Source: Pasteurella multocida
GTDB lineage: Bacteria > Pseudomonadota > Gammaproteobacteria > Enterobacterales > Pasteurellaceae
DNA: 32,000 nt
Reading direction: 5' to 3'
Assembly (NCBI RefSeq): GCF_900187275.1
Contig: NZ_LT906458.1
Span: 1,140,001-1,172,000, forward strand
This document shows positions 25,952-32,000 of this stretch, one piece after another. The stretch's first letter is position 1. Each line of letters begins with the position of its first letter. The translations under genes and the position numbers were made by a program. The notes under the pieces were generated by a model that made no database searches, was not told the DNA's origin, and worked only from the letters and a program-made list of their open reading frames with translations.

Positions 25952-26369
25952 AATTGCAAAAGAATTTAGTTTTGATATGGCACATATGCTCGATGGGCAT
26001 GATGGCAAATGCAAAAATTTACATGGGCATACTTACAAATTACAAGTAGAGCTCTGTGGTGAATTACATCAAACCGGTCCGAAAAAAGGCATGGTGATTG
26101 ATTTTTCCGATTTAAAAGATATCGTTAAACAGCACATTTTAGATCCCATGGATCATGCGTTTATTTATGATTGCAGCAGTGAAAAAGAATCGAAAGTGGC
26201 TCATTTATTGCAATCACTGGATTCAAAAACGTTTGCACTACCCACGCGTACTACCGCCGAAGAAATGGCGCGCTTTATGTTTAATTGTTTGAAATATGAG
26301 GCACATTTACCGGTATCGGCGATCCGCTTATGGGAAACCCCCACTTCATTTTGTGAATATAAGGAATAA
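25944..26369 (+). CDS. queD: 6-carboxy-5,6,7,8-tetrahydropterin synthase
   Basis: Start moved to ATG 25944 ([16 protein letters not shown]...[11 protein letters not shown]), with the SD gaggggg at 25931-25937. It overlaps the queC end by 8 nt (ATGTTTAA). 141 aa, with the PTPS-family His triad context. Confidence 0.93.
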   Translation: MFKIAKEFSFDMAHMLDGHDGKCKNLHGHTYKLQVELCGELHQTGPKKGMVIDFSDLKDIVKQHILDPMDHAFIYDCSSEKESKVAHLLQSLDSKTFALPTRTTAEEMARFMFNCLKYEAHLPVSAIRLWETPTSFCEYKE

Positions 26370-26376
26370 GTGCGGT
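26368..26376 (+). repeat. USS core AAGTGCGGT spanning the queD stop codon and the queE GTG start
   Basis: aaggaaTAAGTGCGGTGcaa: TAA at 26367-26369, USS at 26368-26376, GTG at 26375-26377. Confidence 0.9.
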
Positions 26377-27004
26377 GCAAATTCAAGAAATTTTCGAGCC
26401 TGAATACGCTATTGTGGAGATCTTTGAAAGCTTACAAGGGGAAGGCTTTAATACAGGGATGCCAAGCATTTTTGTGCGTTTTGGTAAATGTAATTTAGCC
26501 TGTCCTTGGTGCGATACGCCTTACAATCAATATACGACTTGGACACTCAGCAAAATTGTACAAAAAGTGCGGTCGTTTTCAGCAAAAAATATTATTATCA
26601 CTGGCGGTGAACCTACTATCGTGCCCAAAATTGGCGTGTTACTTGATGCGCTAAAAGCCGAAGGCTACTTTTTAGCAATCGAAACCAATGGGTTAAAAAG
26701 TATTCCAAACCAAATTGATTACATTGCTACCAGTCCAAAACGTTTGTATCAACATAAATATCAACAGAAATGTATTCCTTTTGCCCATGAGGTACGCATT
26801 GTGGCAGATGAAAATGTCATCGCATTTTGTGAGCAAATTGAACAACAGATCCGAGCAGATCATTATTACCTCTCGCCTTGTGAAGTAAATGGTGAAATGA
26901 ATTTGCTTGAAACAATCACACAAATAGGGCGCTTAAATCAGCGTGTTAACAAGCCTAAATGGCAGCTTAGCATTCAAACCCATAAACTCATTGGGATTGA
27001 ATAA
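26375..27004 (+). CDS. queE: 7-carboxy-7-deazaguanine synthase (radical SAM)
   Basis: 209 aa with a GTG start and the SD aaggaa 8 nt upstream. IFESLQGEGFNTGMPSIFVRFGKCNLACPWCDTPY (a CX3CX2C cluster plus the QueE N-terminal signature) and ITGGEP are present. Confidence 0.93.
   Translation: MQIQEIFEPEYAIVEIFESLQGEGFNTGMPSIFVRFGKCNLACPWCDTPYNQYTTWTLSKIVQKVRSFSAKNIIITGGEPTIVPKIGVLLDALKAEGYFLAIETNGLKSIPNQIDYIATSPKRLYQHKYQQKCIPFAHEVRIVADENVIAFCEQIEQQIRADHYYLSPCEVNGEMNLLETITQIGRLNQRVNKPKWQLSIQTHKLIGIE
26565..26573 (+). repeat. USS core AAGTGCGGT inside queE (codons ..KVRS..)
   Basis: Exact 9-mer. Confidence 0.9.
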
Positions 27005-27048
27005 TTGTCAATTTATTTACTTTATTTGCATTTACCTCTTTTTAGTAG

Positions 27049-27076
27049 TTGACCATTATATAATAAAGTATACAAT
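27049..27076 (+). promoter_or_regulatory. Near-consensus sigma70 promoter TTGACC-16 nt-TACAAT in the queE-ybgI spacer
   Basis: ttgacc at 27049-27054 and tacaat at 27071-27076 with 16-nt spacing. The predicted TSS is near 27083. Motif only. Confidence 0.4.
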
Positions 27077-27082
27077 GGGCTT

Positions 27083-27170
27083 GTTTTTAATTTGAAGTAG
27101 TAAATACGCTTGGCTAATGCGATTCTTCCCCCACAATCTTGAAAAAGATGTTCGCATTAGCCATTTTTTT
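27083..27170 (+). ncRNA. Candidate roughly 90-nt small RNA (promoter-to-terminator unit); alternatively just the queCDE 3' UTR
   Basis: Bounded by the promoter above and the strong terminator at 27111-27170. It has no ORF with an RBS. The coordinates are predictions. Confidence 0.3.
27111..27170 (+). terminator. Two-tier rho-independent terminator (12-bp basal stem, C-rich internal loop, GAAA-capped apical stem, U7)
   Basis: tggctaatgcga (27111-27122) pairs perfectly with tcgcattagcca (27152-27163). The inner stem is atctt (27136-27140), gaaa, aagat (27145-27149). The 5' internal loop is ttcttcccccaca (27123-27135). T7 lies at 27164-27170. Confidence 0.8.
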
Positions 27171-27241
27171 CTTCTTATTCTCGCCTAAATCCTTTACCAT
27201 GATCCGCATTCAATTTCCCTTATTCATCATGAGAAAGACCT

Positions 27242-27997
27242 ATGAACGCCCTTGAACTTGAACAGATTTTAAATCACAAACTCAACTCCCAAGCCATCTC
27301 TGATTACGCCCCAAATGGTCTACAAGTGGAAGGAAAAAAGGACATCAAAAAAATCATTACAGGGGTTACCGCAAGTCAAGCTTTAATTGAGTATGCCGTT
27401 AGTCAAAACGCCGATGCGATTTTGGTTCATCATGGCTATTTTTGGAAAAGTGAAAACCCTTGTATTCGTGGTATGAAAGGGAAACGTATCAAAACACTCT
27501 TAGTCAATGACATCAATTTATATGGTTATCACTTACCATTAGATGTTCACCCTGAATTAGGTAACAACGCTCGTCTTGCTGCCCTACTAGAGATTGAGGA
27601 TTTACAGCCCTTAGAACAAGGTACGGTAAGTATTCCCGTTTATGGTACCTTAAAAACACCGTTAACCAGCGATGCCTTTGCTGCCCGAATTGAGCAAGTG
27701 CTAAAACGTAAACCTCTAGTATGCAGCGACAATGCGCCGCACCTTATTCGTACAGTGGGTATTTGTACGGGAGGAGGACAGAGTTATATTGATTTAGCAG
27801 CCAACCAAGGTGTTGATGCCTTCATTAGTGGTGAAGTGTCGGAGCAAACTATCCACTCTGCCCGTGAACAAGGTATTCATTTTTTTGCAGCAGGTCACCA
27901 TGCCACAGAACGCTATGGCATAAAAGCCTTAGGCGAATGGCTCAGTCAGCACTATGATCTTGAGGTGGAATTTAAAGATATTGATAATCCTGCTTAA
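27242..27997 (+). CDS. ybgI: NIF3-family dinuclear metal-centre protein (YbgI; GTP cyclohydrolase 1 type 2 homologue)
   Basis: 251 aa. LELEQILNHKLNSQAISDYAPNGLQVEG, VHHGYFWK, NLYGYHLPLDVHPELGNN and FAAGHHATERYGI are collinear with E. coli YbgI. Confidence 0.93.
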   Translation: MNALELEQILNHKLNSQAISDYAPNGLQVEGKKDIKKIITGVTASQALIEYAVSQNADAILVHHGYFWKSENPCIRGMKGKRIKTLLVNDINLYGYHLPLDVHPELGNNARLAALLEIEDLQPLEQGTVSIPVYGTLKTPLTSDAFAARIEQVLKRKPLVCSDNAPHLIRTVGICTGGGQSYIDLAANQGVDAFISGEVSEQTIHSAREQGIHFFAAGHHATERYGIKALGEWLSQHYDLEVEFKDIDNPA

Positions 27998-28020
27998 GAA
28001 AATAGGATATAAGGTCCGCT

Positions 28021-28049
28021 TTGTATTTATTCACATTTTCCCTTATACT
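28021..28049 (+). promoter_or_regulatory. Candidate sigma70 promoter of fabI (TTGTAT-17 nt-TATACT)
   Basis: ttgtat at 28021-28026 and tatact at 28044-28049 with 17-nt spacing, about 36 nt upstream of the fabI ATG. Confidence 0.35.
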
Positions 28050-28084
28050 AGCCAGAATTTTTAACATACGAAAAGGTATTGATT

Positions 28085-28867
28085 ATGGGTTTCTTAACAA
28101 ACAAACGTATTTTAATTGCCGGTGTGGCAAGTAATCGTTCTATTGCTTACGGTATCGCACAAGCAATGAAACGTGAAGGGGCAGAACTCGCTTTCACGTA
28201 TCAAAATGATAAATTAAAAGGGCGTGTAGAAGAATTTGCTAAAGAATTAGGTTCTGATATTGTGATTCCTTGTGATGTGGGCACGGATGAAAGTATCGAA
28301 CAATGCTTTGCTGAATTAGCTAAACACTGGGAAAAATTTGATGGTTTTGTTCATTCTATCGCTTTTGCGCCGGGCGACCAATTAGACGGTGATTATGTGG
28401 ATGCAGTAAACCGCGAAGGTTTCCGTATTGCACACGATGTGAGTTCATATAGCTTTGTTGCGATGGCAAAAGCCGCGCGTGGCATGTTGAATCCGAACTC
28501 AGCCCTTTTAACACTTTCCTACTTAGGGGCAGAACGTGCAATTCCTAACTATAACGTGATGGGCCTAGCCAAAGCCTCATTAGAAGCTAATACGCGTTTT
28601 ATGGCAGCAGCATTAGGTAAAGACGGTATCCGCGTAAATGCAATCTCTGCAGGACCAATTCGTACACTTGCCGCCTCTGGTATTAAAAACTTCAAGAAAA
28701 TGCTCGCAAACTTCGAACAAACCGCACCATTACGCCGTACTGTGACGATTGAAGATGTCGGTAACTCTGCAGCTTTCTTATGCTCAGATTTAAGTGCCGG
28801 TATCACAGGTGAAGTGGTCCATGTTGATGCCGGTTTCAGCATCGTAGCTATGGGTGAACTCGAATAA
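28085..28867 (+). CDS. fabI: Enoyl-[acyl-carrier-protein] reductase (NADH)
   Basis: The ORF track starts at TTG 28079. ATG 28085 ([16 protein letters not shown]) matches the E. coli FabI start MGFLSGKRILVTGVAS. The SD aaaagg lies 8 nt upstream. Catalytic Tyr and Lys are present in [24 protein letters not shown]. Confidence 0.96.
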   Translation: MGFLTNKRILIAGVASNRSIAYGIAQAMKREGAELAFTYQNDKLKGRVEEFAKELGSDIVIPCDVGTDESIEQCFAELAKHWEKFDGFVHSIAFAPGDQLDGDYVDAVNREGFRIAHDVSSYSFVAMAKAARGMLNPNSALLTLSYLGAERAIPNYNVMGLAKASLEANTRFMAAALGKDGIRVNAISAGPIRTLAASGIKNFKKMLANFEQTAPLRRTVTIEDVGNSAAFLCSDLSAGITGEVVHVDAGFSIVAMGELE

Positions 28868-28886
28868 GTTTTACATGTTATATAAG

Positions 28887-28915
28887 AGCGGACATCAGTC
28901 CGCTTTCATTTTTTA
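28887..28915 (+). terminator. Rho-independent terminator after fabI
   Basis: agcggac (28887-28893), loop atca, gtccgct (28898-28904), followed by ttcatttttt. Confidence 0.8.
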
Positions 28916-28927
28916 TGGATAGCCTCA

Positions 28928-30904
28928 ATGTTCCAAAATAATCCCCTCCTTTCACAATTAAAACAACAAATCCGAGACAGCAAACAACAGGTCGAAGGTA
29001 TCGTAAAAGGTTCAGATAAAGCCTTTGGTTTTCTTGAGTGTGATAAAAAAAGTTACTTTATTCCCCCTGCTGCAATGAAGAAAGTCATGCATGGTGACAA
29101 AATCAAAGCCCTAATTGAAGTCGTTGGTGAAAAAGAACAAGCCGAACCCGATGCCTTAATTGAGCCAATGCTCACACGCTTTATCGCGCGTGTGCGTTTC
29201 AATAAAGATAAAAAATTACAAGTGCTCGTCGATCATCCACAAATCAATCAAGCCATTGGTGCCGCCCAAGATAAATCAATAACAGAAACGTTACAAGAAG
29301 GGGATTGGGTCGTTGCTACTTTAAAAACACACCCATTACGTGATGACAGATTCTTTTTCGCTCAAATTCAGCAATTTATTTGCCGTGCAGAAGATGAACT
29401 CGCGCCTTGGTGGGTCACGCTAGCACGTCATGGACAATCGCGTTATCCTGTGCAAGGTTGTGCAGATTATCCAATGATAGATCAACATACACGTGAAGAT
29501 TTGACCGCATTGCATTTTATCACCATTGATGCGGAAACGACGTTGGACATGGATGATGCGCTTTACCTTGAGCCTATTCATCAAGCGGAGGAACAGATTG
29601 GTTGGCGTTTAGTGGTCGCCGTTGCCGATCCAACTGCTTATATCCCGCTTGATTCACAAATTGAACAAGAAGCCAGACAACGGTGTTTTACCAATTATCT
29701 ACCGGGCTTCAACATTCCAATGTTACCACCGGAATTGTCTGATGAACGTTGTTCTTTAATGCAAGACGAAATTCGTCCGGCGTTGGTCTGCTATATCGAA
29801 ACCGATTTAACCGGTAATATCACTGAAAAACCGCGCTTTGTTTCCGCTTATGTACAATCCAAAGCGAAATTAGCCTATGATCACGTCTCTGATTATTTAG
29901 AAAATTGTCTTGATGCATGGCAGCCTGAAAATCCACAAATCGCACAACAAATCCAATGGCTTCATCAATTTAGTCAAGCACGCATCGAGTGGCGTAAACA
30001 ACATGCTTTGTTATTTAAAGAAAAGCCAGACTATTCGTTTATCTTAGCGGAGAATGGCAGCGTACAAGCCATTCAAGCACAATATCGTCGCATTGCGAAT
30101 CAAATGGTAGAGGAATGTATGATCCTCGCCAACATTTGTGCTGCACACTATCTCGATGAACATGCTAAGTGTGGTATTTTTAATACGCATTCTGGTTTTG
30201 ATAAAAAATACCTAGAGAGTGCACATCAATTTTTATTAAATCAGTTAAGTGATGAAACAAACCAAGCCGTCTTAGCAACACGTTATTCTGTAGCGAATTT
30301 AACAACATTAGCGGGCTATTGCCAAATGCGCCATGATATTGAGTTATTAAATAGTGACTATCTCGAATTGCGTTTACGTCGTTTCTTAACATTTGCTGAA
30401 TTTAAATCTGAAATCGCACCGCACTTTGGTTTAGGCTTATCGGGTTATGCGACCTGGACATCCCCGATTCGTAAATATTCCGATATAGTCAATCATCGCT
30501 TAATTAAAGCTGTGTTAACCCAACAAACTTGTGAGAAACCGCAAGATGACCTGTTCGTACGTTTGCAAGAAGCGCGTCGTCAAAACCGTTTAGTAGAGCG
30601 TGATATTGCAGATTGGCTTTATTGTCGTTATCTGGCAACACAAGTGGAACAAAAACCAACATTCCAAGCGGAAATTCAAGATGTGATGCGAGGGGGATTA
30701 CGTGTGCAACTGCTTGCTAATGGTGCACCGATGTTTATCCCTGCCTCCTTAATTCACGACAATAAGGAAGCGATTCAAGTCAATACGGATACGCTTACTC
30801 TGTCTATTCAAGGTGAAGTGAAATATAAATTAGGAGATATCATTCAGGTGCAACTCTTGGACGTGAAAGAAGAAACGCGTAGTATTGTCGGCACTCTTTG
30901 TTAA
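28928..30904 (+). CDS. rnb: Exoribonuclease II (RNase II)
   Basis: 658 aa. MFQNNPLLSQLKQQ, the cold-shock-like FGFLE region, the RNB catalytic motif ITIDAETTLDMDDAL, HFGLGLSGYATWTSPIRKYSDIVNHR and a C-terminal S1 domain are present. Collinear with E. coli Rnb. Confidence 0.96.
   Translation: MFQNNPLLSQLKQQIRDSKQQVEGIVKGSDKAFGFLECDKKSYFIPPAAMKKVMHGDKIKALIEVVGEKEQAEPDALIEPMLTRFIARVRFNKDKKLQVLVDHPQINQAIGAAQDKSITETLQEGDWVVATLKTHPLRDDRFFFAQIQQFICRAEDELAPWWVTLARHGQSRYPVQGCADYPMIDQHTREDLTALHFITIDAETTLDMDDALYLEPIHQAEEQIGWRLVVAVADPTAYIPLDSQIEQEARQRCFTNYLPGFNIPMLPPELSDERCSLMQDEIRPALVCYIETDLTGNITEKPRFVSAYVQSKAKLAYDHVSDYLENCLDAWQPENPQIAQQIQWLHQFSQARIEWRKQHALLFKEKPDYSFILAENGSVQAIQAQYRRIANQMVEECMILANICAAHYLDEHAKCGIFNTHSGFDKKYLESAHQFLLNQLSDETNQAVLATRYSVANLTTLAGYCQMRHDIELLNSDYLELRLRRFLTFAEFKSEIAPHFGLGLSGYATWTSPIRKYSDIVNHRLIKAVLTQQTCEKPQDDLFVRLQEARRQNRLVERDIADWLYCRYLATQVEQKPTFQAEIQDVMRGGLRVQLLANGAPMFIPASLIHDNKEAIQVNTDTLTLSIQGEVKYKLGDIIQVQLLDVKEETRSIVGTLC
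30418..30426 (-). repeat. USS core (ACCGCACTT on the plus strand) inside rnb
   Basis: Exact 9-mer. Confidence 0.9.
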
Positions 30905-30910
30905 ATGTAA

Positions 30911-30942
30911 AAAGGGAAATCACTGATTTCCCTTTCTTTTTC
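30911..30942. terminator. Bidirectional terminator between rnb (+) and murA (-)
   Basis: aaagggaaatc (30911-30921), loop act, gatttcccttt (30925-30935). It is preceded by gtaaaaa and followed by ctttttc. Confidence 0.8.
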
Positions 30943-30957
30943 TTATTAAGCCATGGC

Positions 30958-32000
<1,043 letters not shown>

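Noticed and set aside
27051-27069. Fur-box-like AT-rich sequence overlapping the candidate sRNA promoter (gaccattatataataaagt)
   Set aside because: By my count only about 8 of 19 positions match GATAATGATAATCATTATC. That is indistinguishable from generic AT-rich promoter DNA.
27199-27255. 18-codon upstream ORF (MIRIQFPLFIMRKTYERP) overlapping the ybgI start out of frame
   Set aside because: It has no Shine-Dalgarno sequence and no leader-peptide-type codon runs or associated attenuator structure.

Overview
This is a densely packed, mostly housekeeping chromosomal window from a Pasteurellaceae genome. By eye I found at least 17 perfect Hin-type uptake signal sequence cores (AAGTGCGGT / ACCGCACTT). 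The 412-aa ORF at 23189-24427 is, from memory, the characterised Pasteurella multocida GT80 sialyltransferase PmST1, so P. multocida is the most likely source. I call 29 protein-coding genes: secG (partial), topB, recR, ybaB, acnB, an orphan periplasmic solute-binding protein, epmA, frdABCD, lptG, lptF, pepA, mtnN, a DsbA-like CRVC thioredoxin-fold protein, recJ, dsbC, prfB (programmed +1 frameshift that the ORF track splits), lysS, the sialyltransferase, neuA, queC, queD, queE, ybgI, fabI, rnb and murA (partial). I corrected several ORF-track starts by homology and RBS position: frdA uses GTG at 8980, and frdB, frdC, frdD, dsbC, queD, fabI and ybaB also move. I see no rRNA, tRNA, CRISPR array, IS element, integrase, or multi-gene cluster of uncharacterised proteins, so I cannot support a claim of a novel protein-based system here. 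The least ordinary content is mostly at the RNA or regulatory level. (1) The queCDE leader looks like a preQ1-class-I aptamer whose A-rich tail and SD are displaced by an inserted hairpin. (2) A near-consensus promoter followed by a two-tier GAAA-capped terminator lies between queE and ybgI; this could be a roughly 90-nt sRNA or just the que terminator. (3) A 240-bp noncoding stretch after frdD carries pure polypyrimidine runs and a 12-bp long-range inverted repeat plus U6. (4) The sialyltransferase-neuA pair sits between lysS and queC with no promoter of its own. (5) Inverted USS pairs serve as terminators, and one USS core spans the queD stop and the queE GTG start. All functional calls rest on my own reading of the translations and recalled family knowledge. 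No database search was run.
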